From Oculatellaceae cyanobacterium bins.114 (GTDB taxonomy: Bacteria > Cyanobacteriota > Cyanobacteriia > Elainellales > Elainellaceae): a DNA stretch of 30,182 nucleotides. The position numbers and the translations under genes are program-made. The notes under the pieces were generated by a model, which did not search any database, was not told the origin of the DNA, and was given only the letters and a program-made list of their open reading frames with translations. The stretch lies in NCBI GenBank assembly GCA_033764315.1, contig JANRJA010000250.1, positions 1 to 30,182 of the forward strand, given 5' to 3'. Shown here piece after piece: positions 18,173 to 27,186 of the stretch. Positions within the stretch are counted from its first letter, which is position 1; each line of letters starts with the position of its first letter.

Positions 18173-19498
18173 ATGGCTCTCTTTAAGCTCCCCCGGCTCA
18201 AGTTTTGGCAGCGATCGCCTGCATCCAATGCTTCTGGTATTGCTCCAGCGCAACCCATTCAACCGCCAACTCCACCGTCCCCGCAGCCGATTGTGCCCCA
18301 GGTTAAATCACTAACCGCGTTAGAACGGGAGATGGAAGCAGAGGCTAAGCGATTGCGAGTCCATCCCACTTATCCAATGGCTCCCAAACGTCGCCCTAAC
18401 AGGTTGAACAAGCTAATGTGGCTGGCAATTTTGGTGGGTCTTCCGGTGGGAGTGCTGTGGGTCGTGAACTTGCCCTATCCGCCAATTCGTTATCCTGTGG
18501 CGCGAACGGCTCCAATTTTGTTGTTGCCCAGCTACATGAGCATTGATAGTAACTATCGACAGGCGATCGCTGCGGTAGAGCAAGCTAAGCAATTTATTGA
18601 TAATCCCACCAGTGCCGCCGATCTGGATTTGGGTCAACAAAAAGTGCGTGAGGCTCAAGATCGGCTGGATGCCCTTCCCCTTGACCTACTCAATACCTTT
18701 CCGCAATCTCGCTATTGGTGGTATGACTGGCGGTTTAGTCAAAGCGGATTTAACAACGCCCGTGCTGAGGTAGGGCGATTGCAAGCTAAGGTTCTGCAAG
18801 AGCAAAATGCTCAAACTCTTTTAATTGATTCAGAGCAGGCAATTACCACTGCTAAACAGCAGTATCAACAGGCAACTACTCCGCTAGATAAGCAAATGGC
18901 GATCGCCGATTGGCGTTCTGCGTTAGATCAATTCCTTCAAATTCCCGGTCAAACGCTGGCGGGTCGCACCGCTCAACAAAAGCTGCAAGCCTATCAACGC
19001 GACTTTGAGGAAATCGTGGGGTTAGCGGCGGGTAATGAACGAGCCAGCACGATGATTGAGTCGGCACGGCAATTTGGCTCACAAGCCGCACAAGCCAGTC
19101 AAAATCCACCCCACTCAGTCGCCGAATGGCAACGAGTCGAAAAATTGTGGCAGGACGCGATTCAGCGATTAGAGCAGATTCCGCCAACTGACTTGACTGG
19201 ATATGCTGAATCTCAAAAGTTGTTAGCGACCTACACCGCTAATCTAGAACAAATCAAAGTGCGACGACAGGCTGAGGCGGATTCAGTCAGGGTGTTTCAG
19301 CAAGCTCAACAAGAGATTGAATTGCTGCAAGCCTCCATTCCCAATGATGGCAATATCACCAACATCAATCGCACAATTAGCCAACTACAAAGCATTATCA
19401 ATCAGCTCAACCAGGTACAGGAAGGCACAACCGTCTACTTAGAAGCACAAAGCCTGAGACTATCCGCCCAAAACAAGTTGAACCAGTTGCAACCCTAA
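18173..19498 (+). CDS. Hypothetical single-pass membrane protein with a Gln/Ala-rich helical C-terminal region
   Basis: Long ORF; Pro-rich N-terminus; basic PKRRPNR then hydrophobic LMWLAILVGLPVGVLWVV; repeated W..A...L.QIP helical units. ATG 18173 preferred, GTG 18119 possible. Confidence 0.75.
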   Translation: MALFKLPRLKFWQRSPASNASGIAPAQPIQPPTPPSPQPIVPQVKSLTALEREMEAEAKRLRVHPTYPMAPKRRPNRLNKLMWLAILVGLPVGVLWVVNLPYPPIRYPVARTAPILLLPSYMSIDSNYRQAIAAVEQAKQFIDNPTSAADLDLGQQKVREAQDRLDALPLDLLNTFPQSRYWWYDWRFSQSGFNNARAEVGRLQAKVLQEQNAQTLLIDSEQAITTAKQQYQQATTPLDKQMAIADWRSALDQFLQIPGQTLAGRTAQQKLQAYQRDFEEIVGLAAGNERASTMIESARQFGSQAAQASQNPPHSVAEWQRVEKLWQDAIQRLEQIPPTDLTGYAESQKLLATYTANLEQIKVRRQAEADSVRVFQQAQQEIELLQASIPNDGNITNINRTISQLQSIINQLNQVQEGTTVYLEAQSLRLSAQNKLNQLQP

Positions 19499-19511
19499 CT
19501 CGTTTCATTCA

Positions 19512-20030
19512 ATGGAAATTCGTTTTACCCTGTTGCCCAGAGATTATTGGGAGTTTCATAAATTTGGCATGTTGCATGTTCCTCACTTGCAACTCACAAC
19601 CTTGGCCCACTGTTTTGTGTTGACCTTAACGAGTTTTTCGTTGTGTTGGCTCTATGCATCAACCACAGGGCAACGGGATTTAGAGGTTGTGCTATTAAAC
19701 CCATTGATTTTGAGTGTTGGGGTCGTAGCCTGGTATTTCTGGCAACTGAAACTGCGCTATCAACGCTTGGTTGCTCAGACTCCTGGATTGGTCGGCGAAC
19801 ATGTTTTGAGTGTGGCAGCAGAGGGAGTTCACAAGATTAATCCAGTGAGTGAGAAGTTTATCACCTGGTTACGCATTGAGAAAATTGTGGAGCAACCTCA
19901 CTACATTTTTCTGTTGTTTCACGATCGCTGGGCTTATCTCATTCCTAAGCGTGCATTTGAGCATCCAGAAGCGGCAACAACATTTGCAATGACGCTGATT
20001 TCTTACTGGAAACAAGCAAAAATGAGTTAA
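19512..20030 (+). CDS. YcxB-family membrane protein
   Basis: Two hydrophobic helices followed by W..IEKIVE..HYIFL....AYLIPKRAF, the typical YcxB C-terminal domain. Confidence 0.85.
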   Translation: MEIRFTLLPRDYWEFHKFGMLHVPHLQLTTLAHCFVLTLTSFSLCWLYASTTGQRDLEVVLLNPLILSVGVVAWYFWQLKLRYQRLVAQTPGLVGEHVLSVAAEGVHKINPVSEKFITWLRIEKIVEQPHYIFLLFHDRWAYLIPKRAFEHPEAATTFAMTLISYWKQAKMS

Positions 20031-20051
20031 AAGTGATTGATTTTTGCAATA

Positions 20052-20097
20052 AGTTCAAAAATACTAAAGTTCACTTGTATTAAAGTGCGTCTGTACT
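20052..20097. promoter_or_regulatory. Three tandem LexA-box-like sites upstream of sbcC
   Basis: AGTTC-AAAA-ATACT (20052-65), AGTTC-ACTT-GTATT (20068-81), AGTGC-GTCT-GTACT (20084-97). Each resembles the cyanobacterial LexA palindrome AGTAC-N4-GTACT; 16-nt period. Confidence 0.55.
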
Positions 20098-20133
20098 GCT
20101 AACTTAAGATCAAGTGTGATGCGCTTGATTAGC

Positions 20134-23100
20134 ATGATTCCGCTGCAACTGACGCTAAAAAACTTTTTGAGTTACCGTGAGGCGACGCTCGATTTTCGGG
20201 GCCTGCATGTGGCTTGCATTTGTGGAGCCAATGGGGCGGGCAAATCGTCGTTGTTGGAGGCGATCGCCTGGGCAGTCTGGGGACAGAGCCGAGTCATGGC
20301 TGAGGATGATGTGATTCATCTGGGTGAAACGGAAACGCAAGTCGATTTTTTGTTTCAGTGCCACCAACAAACCTATCGGATTATTCGATCGCGCTATCGC
20401 CAGCAAACTAGTTCTCTAGAGTTTCAGGTGCAAACGCCGAACGGGTTTCGGTCGCTGACAGAACGCAACATGCGATCGACGCAACAATTAATCCTGCAAC
20501 ACCTGAAGCTTGACTATGAGACGTTTATCAACTCGGCATACTTGCGGCAGGGACGAGCCGATGAGTTTATGCTGAAGCGTCCAGGAGAACGCAAACAGAT
20601 TCTGGCAGATTTGCTGAAGCTCAAGCAATATGATGACTTGGCTGAACAGGCTAAGGAGCGATCGCGCCAACTCAAAGCCGAAGTCAGCTTGCTAGAGCGG
20701 AACCTGGAGACAATCACCACGCAGCTTGAGCAACGGCAAGCCCTGGCAACCGAACAAGAGACATTGGCAGCGACTCTAGCCAACTGGCAGCATGAACAAG
20801 AGCAAGATACAGAAACCTTGCGGCAACTGCAAGCGACACAACAACAGCGATTGACCTGGCAGCAGCAATTAAACCTGCATCAACAGCAGCAACAGCATTT
20901 GACGCAAGATTGTCAGCGACTGCAACAAGAGATTGCGGCGACGCAACAGCAATATCGCCAGATAGAGGCCATCTTGCAGCAATCAGAGGCGATCGCCACA
21001 GGGTATACCCAATTTCAACAATTGCAAGCCGAGGAAGACGTTCAAAGTCGCAAATTTCAAGCTCATCAAACGGCAGTACACCAACACCAACAGCTTCAGC
21101 AGCAACAAACAGAAGCGATCAACACGCTTAAGGATCAACTGCGTCAGGCTCAGGCTCAGCTAGAAGCGTTGCATCAACAACGAGATGAGATCGCGGCGAC
21201 GCTTGCCAAAGCTCCGGATATTGAAGTGGCACTGGAACAGCTAAAACAGGCGCGATCGCACCTGGCAGAGCTTGACCAACTGCAACTTAAAGTGGCTCCT
21301 TTGTTGCAACGGCGTCAACAGGTGCAAAGCACGCTCGATCGCCATCAGGCTCGACTGACCGCGCGCCTAGAGGAGTTGCAAGCCACGACTCGACTGTTAG
21401 AAGCGCAACAACAACGGCAACCCCAGATCAAACGGGCTGTGTTGGAAGTAACCGAACTGGTGGAGCACCTGGAACAGCGACGGCTCTATCAACAACGGGT
21501 GCGCGAAAAAGGGTTAGAACGGCGCAACTTTATGGAGCGGTTACAGGCTCATCAACGCGACCATGAGTTAAAACTGGCAGAACTTGACCACAAAATTGCT
21601 ATGTTGAAACAAGGGCATGGTGACGAGGAGCACGATGCAGCAGGGCATGGCGAAGATAGGGTGTTCCATGCCTCTAATGGGCATGAGGTAATTCAAGCAG
21701 GTCATGTTGCACAACTCTCTTCTGCATTGGTGTCTGCCTCTGAGTATCCCCCTTGTCCCTTGTGCGATCGCCCCTTAGATGAGCACCACTGGACGCTGGT
21801 TCTGGAAAAACATCAAACTGAGCAACAGGAGGTGCGCGACCAACTGTGGGTGATTCGAGAGCAACTGGTTGTCTCAGAGCGCGAAATTCAAGTCTTGCGA
21901 CAAGAGTATCGAGACTTAGAGCGAGAACTGTCCGCCTATGGCTCCATTTTAGAGCGTCGAGGCCAACTACAAGAGCAGCTTCAAGGAGCCAGCGATGAAC
22001 AAACGCGACTCCAACAGATTGCGGCAGAACAAGCCGAACTAGAGCGATCGCTGCACAGTGGCAACTATGCCCCCGAATTGCAGGAAGAACTGCGATTGCT
22101 CGATCAAACCCTGCAACACCTCAACTACGACGACAAAAACCATGCGATCGCCAGAGGAGAGGTCGATCGCTGGCGTTGGGCAGAGATTAAGCAAGCTGAA
22201 ATCAAACAGGCACAACGTCGCGCCACTCAGATCGCGGCTCGTCAACCTGAGCTAGAAGCCATCATGGCTGACCTGGAACAACACCTAGACACGATCCACC
22301 ACCACTCACCGCTGCAACAACAGATTCAACACTTAGAGCAGCAGATCGCTGAGATTGGCTATGACTTGCAGCGACACACTGCCATTCGAGCCACATTGCG
22401 GCAGGCACAGGCATGGCAATTGCGCCAACAAGAGCTCACTCAAGCACAACAACACTACCCTCAATTGCAACGGCGACTGCACGAATTGAGTGAGGTCTTT
22501 GCGGCTCGAACTCAGGCTCTCCACACGGTGATCGCTCAGGTCGAAGAACTCAGCCACCACTTGCAACAGGTGAGCGATCGCACCTCTGCGATTCACCAAC
22601 TAGAGCAGCAGATGCTGCAACGACGAACTCAGCTAGACGAACAACTGGGTCGGCTGGGGCGTTTACAACAGCAACAGCAACAGCTTGACCTACTGCAACA
22701 GCAAGTAGAGACGCAACAGCAGCAATTGCAAACCCTGCGACGACAATCTCGGATTCATCAAGAGTTGGCGCAAGCCTTTGGTAAAAACGGCATTCAAGCG
22801 TTGATGATCGAGAACGTCTTACCTCAACTAGAAACGGAAGCCAACCGCATTCTGGGACAGCTCAGCAACCACCAACTGCATGTGCAATTTGTGACGCAAC
22901 GAGCCGGACGACGACGTAGCGCGGCACAAGCTACTAAGTTGATTGATACCCTCGACATTTTGATCGCGGATGCTCAGGGCACTCGCCCCTATGAAACCTA
23001 TTCGGGTGGAGAGGCATTTCGGGTCAACTTTGCCATTCGGTTGGCCTTGGCGCGTTTGTTGGCGCAGCGATCGGGCACAGCACTACAAATGTTGATCGTG

Positions 23101-23286
23101 GATGAGGGGTTTGGCACGCAAGACGCTGAGGGATGCGATCGCCTGATTTCTGCCATTAACGCGATCGCCTCTGACTTTGCCTGCATTCTCACGGTGACGC
23201 ACATGCCCCACTTTAAAGAAGCCTTTCAAGCTCGCATTGAGGTGTGCAAAACCCACAGTGGCTCTCAATTACAGTTCTCAATTTAA
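20134..23286 (+). CDS. sbcC: SbcC (Rad50-like SMC ATPase)
   Basis: LKNFLSY, Walker A GANGAGKSS, YLRQG Q-loop, long coiled coil with CPLC zinc hook, YSGGE signature, Walker B LIVDEGFGTQD and VTH H-loop. ATG 20134 preferred. Confidence 0.95.
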   Translation: MIPLQLTLKNFLSYREATLDFRGLHVACICGANGAGKSSLLEAIAWAVWGQSRVMAEDDVIHLGETETQVDFLFQCHQQTYRIIRSRYRQQTSSLEFQVQTPNGFRSLTERNMRSTQQLILQHLKLDYETFINSAYLRQGRADEFMLKRPGERKQILADLLKLKQYDDLAEQAKERSRQLKAEVSLLERNLETITTQLEQRQALATEQETLAATLANWQHEQEQDTETLRQLQATQQQRLTWQQQLNLHQQQQQHLTQDCQRLQQEIAATQQQYRQIEAILQQSEAIATGYTQFQQLQAEEDVQSRKFQAHQTAVHQHQQLQQQQTEAINTLKDQLRQAQAQLEALHQQRDEIAATLAKAPDIEVALEQLKQARSHLAELDQLQLKVAPLLQRRQQVQSTLDRHQARLTARLEELQATTRLLEAQQQRQPQIKRAVLEVTELVEHLEQRRLYQQRVREKGLERRNFMERLQAHQRDHELKLAELDHKIAMLKQGHGDEEHDAAGHGEDRVFHASNGHEVIQAGHVAQLSSALVSASEYPPCPLCDRPLDEHHWTLVLEKHQTEQQEVRDQLWVIREQLVVSEREIQVLRQEYRDLERELSAYGSILERRGQLQEQLQGASDEQTRLQQIAAEQAELERSLHSGNYAPELQEELRLLDQTLQHLNYDDKNHAIARGEVDRWRWAEIKQAEIKQAQRRATQIAARQPELEAIMADLEQHLDTIHHHSPLQQQIQHLEQQIAEIGYDLQRHTAIRATLRQAQAWQLRQQELTQAQQHYPQLQRRLHELSEVFAARTQALHTVIAQVEELSHHLQQVSDRTSAIHQLEQQMLQRRTQLDEQLGRLGRLQQQQQQLDLLQQQVETQQQQLQTLRRQSRIHQELAQAFGKNGIQALMIENVLPQLETEANRILGQLSNHQLHVQFVTQRAGRRRSAAQATKLIDTLDILIADAQGTRPYETYSGGEAFRVNFAIRLALARLLAQRSGTALQMLIVDEGFGTQDAEGCDRLISAINAIASDFACILTVTHMPHFKEAFQARIEVCKTHSGSQLQFSI

Positions 23287-23344
23287 GGTTAACGACAAAA
23301 TCCAGGTACAATACTCTACGAACTGAACCACCCAGGTTGTGTCC

Positions 23345-24847
23345 ATGCAGTTTTGTAAAGTTGCAGATTTCGTTGATTGGAATAACCCCGACTTTCAGGC
23401 GACGGCTGACCTGTTGAAATTAGAGGGCAAAAGCCGCAAAGTGTGGGAATTTATTCAGGTTTATAACGGGCTGAAAGACCTGGGATTGTTAAACGGTGAA
23501 AGCCGAGGTTTGGGGCTAGGAGTCGGGCACGAATGTCTGATCTATGCCTTCACCAATGTGTGTCGAGAAATTATCGCCACCGATTTATACGATTCGCAAA
23601 ACTGGTCAACCGCTTCGATGGCTGTCAACGAAGTCTATGAGCGCAATCCCTTTCCCTATCAGCGCGATCGCCTGGTGGTGAAACACATGGATATGACCCA
23701 GATTGACTATCCAGATGCCAGTTTTGACTTTATTTGGAGTTGTTGCTCCATTGAACATGTCAGCAGTTTTGAAGATTTACATCAGGTCTACGCCGAAATT
23801 CACCGAGTCTTAAAACCAGGAGGAATTGCGGCTCTAACGACTGAATACAATCCCACTGATCGCCACAGTTATGAACCCCATATGCTGTTTACCGATCGCC
23901 ATTGGATCGAGCATTGGATGACTGGAACAGATCCTCTAGTTCAAGGCTTTGAATTGTTAGATGCAATCGATTTAGCCCTCACTCCAATTCCTCAAAATGA
24001 CCCGGTGCCTCGACGCGATCGCCGTAACCCAATTCAGGTGCTTTCTAAAGACATTATCTTAAACAGTGCATCGTTTTTTCTCCGCAAAACAGGGGAGTTT
24101 TCTCAGCCTTATCAAGACACCTGGTTGCCGGAGGATTTGCGGGTTTATCTAGCCGCTTGCTCTAAACAAAAAGCCGATCAATCGGAAGCAGCTCAAGCTC
24201 TGTTTCGACAGGTATTGGAACGCCCAACCTTAGAGCCACGCATGCAAATTGCGGCGTCTCGCCAACTGATTGTATCGCTGTTAGCGGATGGCAAGTTAGA
24301 CGCCGCAAAAGAGGTGTGTCGGCAAGTCGTTCCTGTGGCTCAAGCGGCTGAAGATGAAGATCACTTGCTGCCGATCGCCCATTCCTGTAGGCGTGTCGGC
24401 TTATTTGATGAAGCCAAATTACTCTATGAACGAGTAGAGCAATTGCCAGGTGCCCACATCAATCAAGTGATTCGCAGTATTATTTGTCAGGCTGAATATT
24501 GCGATCGCCAGGGTGATGTTAAAAAAGCGTTAGAGCTAACTCAAAAAGCCCATCAGGAAATGCAACTGCATAATACTGATGAAGCGCACAAAGTTTATTT
24601 TCATCTGGGTCTTTATACTGAAAAGTTAGGACGTTTGGAGGAGGCGATCGCCCATTATCAAACGGCAATTACAATGTCTGAAACAGGCAGCAAATTTCAA
24701 AACAATTGCCAGTTGCGGCTCAATCTTTGCTTAAAACGGCAGAGTGAAAGAATAGGTACTGCTGACGAACAACCCTCTAAGCTTCAGTCTTTTGTCACAG
24801 CAACAAAGCAGTTGATTAAACAAACCATTGGGCTAAAGAAAGGATAA
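23345..24847 (+). CDS. Class I SAM-dependent methyltransferase with C-terminal TPR-like repeats
   Basis: GLGLGVGHE, MDMTQIDYPDASFDFIWS..SIEHV, EIHRVLKPGG; TPR-like YFHLGLYTEKLGRLEEAIAHYQTAI. Start is ATG 23345 or GTG 23339. Confidence 0.85.
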   Translation: MQFCKVADFVDWNNPDFQATADLLKLEGKSRKVWEFIQVYNGLKDLGLLNGESRGLGLGVGHECLIYAFTNVCREIIATDLYDSQNWSTASMAVNEVYERNPFPYQRDRLVVKHMDMTQIDYPDASFDFIWSCCSIEHVSSFEDLHQVYAEIHRVLKPGGIAALTTEYNPTDRHSYEPHMLFTDRHWIEHWMTGTDPLVQGFELLDAIDLALTPIPQNDPVPRRDRRNPIQVLSKDIILNSASFFLRKTGEFSQPYQDTWLPEDLRVYLAACSKQKADQSEAAQALFRQVLERPTLEPRMQIAASRQLIVSLLADGKLDAAKEVCRQVVPVAQAAEDEDHLLPIAHSCRRVGLFDEAKLLYERVEQLPGAHINQVIRSIICQAEYCDRQGDVKKALELTQKAHQEMQLHNTDEAHKVYFHLGLYTEKLGRLEEAIAHYQTAITMSETGSKFQNNCQLRLNLCLKRQSERIGTADEQPSKLQSFVTATKQLIKQTIGLKKG

Positions 24848-24867
24848 GTAAGGAAAGGATGAAGGAT

Positions 24868-25013
24868 GGGAGCATGTCACTTTTGCCTCCCTCACCCTAA
24901 ATCCCTCTCCCAAAGCGGTAGAGGGACTTTGAGCCGCTCTTTCTCCCCTTCTCCTCAACTGGGAGAAGGGGTTGGGGGATGAGGGGACTGATTTGCAAGG
25001 GTGACATGTTCCC
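24868..25013. mobile_element. 146-bp MITE-like element with internal branched hairpin
   Basis: Terminal IRs GGGAGCATGTCACTTTTGC / GCAAGGGTGACATGTTCCC (16/19); internal CCCTCACCCTAAATCCCTCT...AGAGGGA...CCCCTTCTCC...GGAGAAGGGGTTGGGGGATGAGGG; no coding capacity. Confidence 0.75.
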
Positions 25014-25100
25014 TGAAAGATGAAGGATGAAGGATAAAAATGGAGGTCTTGTCCGTTTCTTGCTTGCATGGCTCATCCTTCATCGTTGATCTTTTATCCG
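25014..25100. repeat. Opposed heptamer (AAGGATG-type) tracts between convergent genes, possible terminator
   Basis: TGAAAGATGAAGGATGAAGGATAAAA followed by the complementary TCATCCTTCATCGTTGATCTTTTATCC. Confidence 0.6.
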
Positions 25101-25108
25101 TTTCCCCA

Positions 25109-25573
25109 TTACCCTTGCCCCTCTTTTCGGTACACATCCTCTGCGACTCGCTTAAACCGTTGCAGTTGCGATCGCATGTCTTGTTGAGTCCAGGTAGCGG
25201 CAATCGTGTTGAACCCATAGCGGACAATTGGGCTGGGGATCGCAAATTCAAAACGGTTGAGTAGGGTGGTTCCCGATTGGTTGGGCTGACACTCCCAGCG
25301 ATCGCGCCCCTTAAAAAAACCATCAAATTCCCATACGATCAGTCCCGGTTCTCTGGCGACCACAATACTCTTAAGTGAGGGTTCCAACAGCGGGATCTGA
25401 ATCACAAACCGACTTTTGCTGCCCAGGTCAGTGCTCCACTCGCCAATCGGTTCACAGCGCAAAGCAGGGTTGAGCCAGCGATGCATCAGTTCTAAATCTG
25501 TCAAACAGTGCTCAACAGCCGTGGCACTGGCATTGATTTGAATGAATTGTTCAAAAACTTGTTGAGCAGTCAT
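25109..25573 (-). CDS. SRPBCC (polyketide cyclase/dehydrase-like) family protein
   Basis: FEQFIQINAS..VEHCLTDLELMHRWLNP start, beta-rich core, C-terminal helix QQDMRSQLQRFKRVAE. Confidence 0.8.
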   Translation of the reverse strand: MTAQQVFEQFIQINASATAVEHCLTDLELMHRWLNPALRCEPIGEWSTDLGSKSRFVIQIPLLEPSLKSIVVAREPGLIVWEFDGFFKGRDRWECQPNQSGTTLLNRFEFAIPSPIVRYGFNTIAATWTQQDMRSQLQRFKRVAEDVYRKEGQG

Positions 25574-25630
25574 TCCAATTCGTAGCTGAAGTAATTAAAG
25601 GTATAAGAACCAGCCTAACGAATTAGGAGA

Positions 25631-26128
25631 CTATTCAAATAAACCTCTTAGTTTTTTTAAGAGCGTTTGCAATTGCTGCATTTCGTCGGGGGTCAATTGC
25701 TCAAACCGTTCTTTGAGGTGGGCAATATGCATCGGAAACACCTCCTCAAACACCTGTTCACCCTCTGGGGTGAGAATTAACATAAAACAACGACGGTTGC
25801 CCTCAGGCACTTCACGCCGCACCAGGTTTTTATGCTCTAGCCGATCGATAATTCCGGTTAGAGTCCCTTTTGTGACCAGCGTTTTTTCGGCAACTTCCCC
25901 CATTGTCATGCCATCCGTGTTGCCCAATGTGGCAATCACATCAAATTGAGCAGGCGTTAAGCCCAATTCTCGAATGTGGGTTTGAGAGTAGACAGCATAG
26001 GACTGATAAGCCCGCACTAGTTCGCGCATCACGGGGATAAACGCCTCTTGAGAAGCGGCTTTTGCCGCGACTCCAATGCCTGATTCTGGCTCTGATTCTT
26101 TAGATTGTTTCGATTTCACTCGTGTCAA
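25631..26128 (-). CDS. MarR-family transcriptional regulator
   Basis: LGLTPAQFDVIATL, MGEVAEKTLVTKGTLTGIIDRLEHKNLVRR..NRR..LTPEG winged-helix signature. Exact start uncertain. Confidence 0.93.
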   Translation of the reverse strand: MTRVKSKQSKESEPESGIGVAAKAASQEAFIPVMRELVRAYQSYAVYSQTHIRELGLTPAQFDVIATLGNTDGMTMGEVAEKTLVTKGTLTGIIDRLEHKNLVRREVPEGNRRCFMLILTPEGEQVFEEVFPMHIAHLKERFEQLTPDEMQQLQTLLKKLRGLFE

Positions 26129-26359
26129 GCTTCACCTCAAACAGTACGATGAAAAACAGTAAGGACTCAAACAATAGGATTAGTATAACATTAAGCAGAG
26201 GCATCTAATCAAGCTTAAACGGGAAATAAAGTGCATTCTGCTCATGTTGAGTTCTATATTTAATGACACCCATCTGCTTACAATGATTAATCTAGTGGAG
26301 TATATGGAAGCATTCACCATAATTCTGCTCCCTAGCTCCCTGAAGTCTCTATCGACTGT

Positions 26360-27130
26360 ATGATTACTGCGATCGCCAATCAAAAAGGTGGAGTTGCCAA
26401 AACAACTTCTACTATTGCCCTAGCAGGATTGCTGGCACACCAAGGAAGTTCATGTCTTGCGGTTGACCTTGATCCCCAGGGCAATTTAACCACGGGACTG
26501 GGGGTAGAAGTCTCAGAAGGGCAACTAACGACCTACGAGGTATTCACTGAGCAAGCCTCTGTGATGGAGGCGGTTGTAGAGACTAAGTATGATATTAGCC
26601 TTTTGCCAACCGACATTTCATTAGCAAAGGTAGAAAAAGAGTTAATTAATCAAGACGGTCGATTTTATATGCTGCGTCGGCAGTTGGAAGCCGTTAAGGG
26701 CAAGTTTGAATACATTTTGATCGATTGCCCACCCAGTATGGGGTTATTGACCATTAATGCATTAGCAGCGGCGGATAGCTTGCTGGTGCCCGTGCAGTGC
26801 CAGTTTTTTGCTCTAAAAGGCTTAGAAGCAGTTCTACAAACGATTCAGACGGTCAAAGAAAAACTCAATCCTGACCTCAAAGTGTTGGGCGTATTGCCAA
26901 CGATGGCAGAAAAGAACACGGTCATCACTCAGGACATCTTAAAAACCCTGAGAAGCCAATTGGATGGCATCAAGGTCTTTGAGCCAGTCCCTAAATCTGT
27001 CAAATTTGCGGAGTCTAACCTGGCGGGAGAACCGATTCACGTTTATGCGGGTGAGTGGCGACTCGTGCAACCCTACCGCGAGGTGATCCGAGAGATTTTG
27101 GTGCACGAAGAAGCGATGGAGGAAGAGTAA
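26360..27130 (+). CDS. ParA/Soj-family ATPase
   Basis: IANQKGGVAKTT deviant Walker A, DLDPQGNLT, ILIDCPPS and PVQCQFFALKG. Confidence 0.93.
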   Translation: MITAIANQKGGVAKTTSTIALAGLLAHQGSSCLAVDLDPQGNLTTGLGVEVSEGQLTTYEVFTEQASVMEAVVETKYDISLLPTDISLAKVEKELINQDGRFYMLRRQLEAVKGKFEYILIDCPPSMGLLTINALAAADSLLVPVQCQFFALKGLEAVLQTIQTVKEKLNPDLKVLGVLPTMAEKNTVITQDILKTLRSQLDGIKVFEPVPKSVKFAESNLAGEPIHVYAGEWRLVQPYREVIREILVHEEAMEEE

Positions 27131-27135
27131 AGATT

Positions 27136-27181
27136 GAAAGAGGAAGAAAGAAATTCAAAGTTCCTTCTTTCTTCCTCTTTC
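27136..27181. terminator. Probable bidirectional terminator between convergent parA-like and DAHP synthase genes
   Basis: Perfect 17-bp stem GAAAGAGGAAGAAAGAA (27136-52) / TTCTTTCTTCCTCTTTC (27165-81) with a 12-nt loop, filling the gap between the two stop codons. Confidence 0.75.
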
Positions 27182-27186
27182 TTGCT

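Noticed and set aside
24833..25326. Short ORFs spanning the methyltransferase-SRPBCC gap
   Set aside because: They are read-throughs of MITE and heptamer sequence and overlap real genes.
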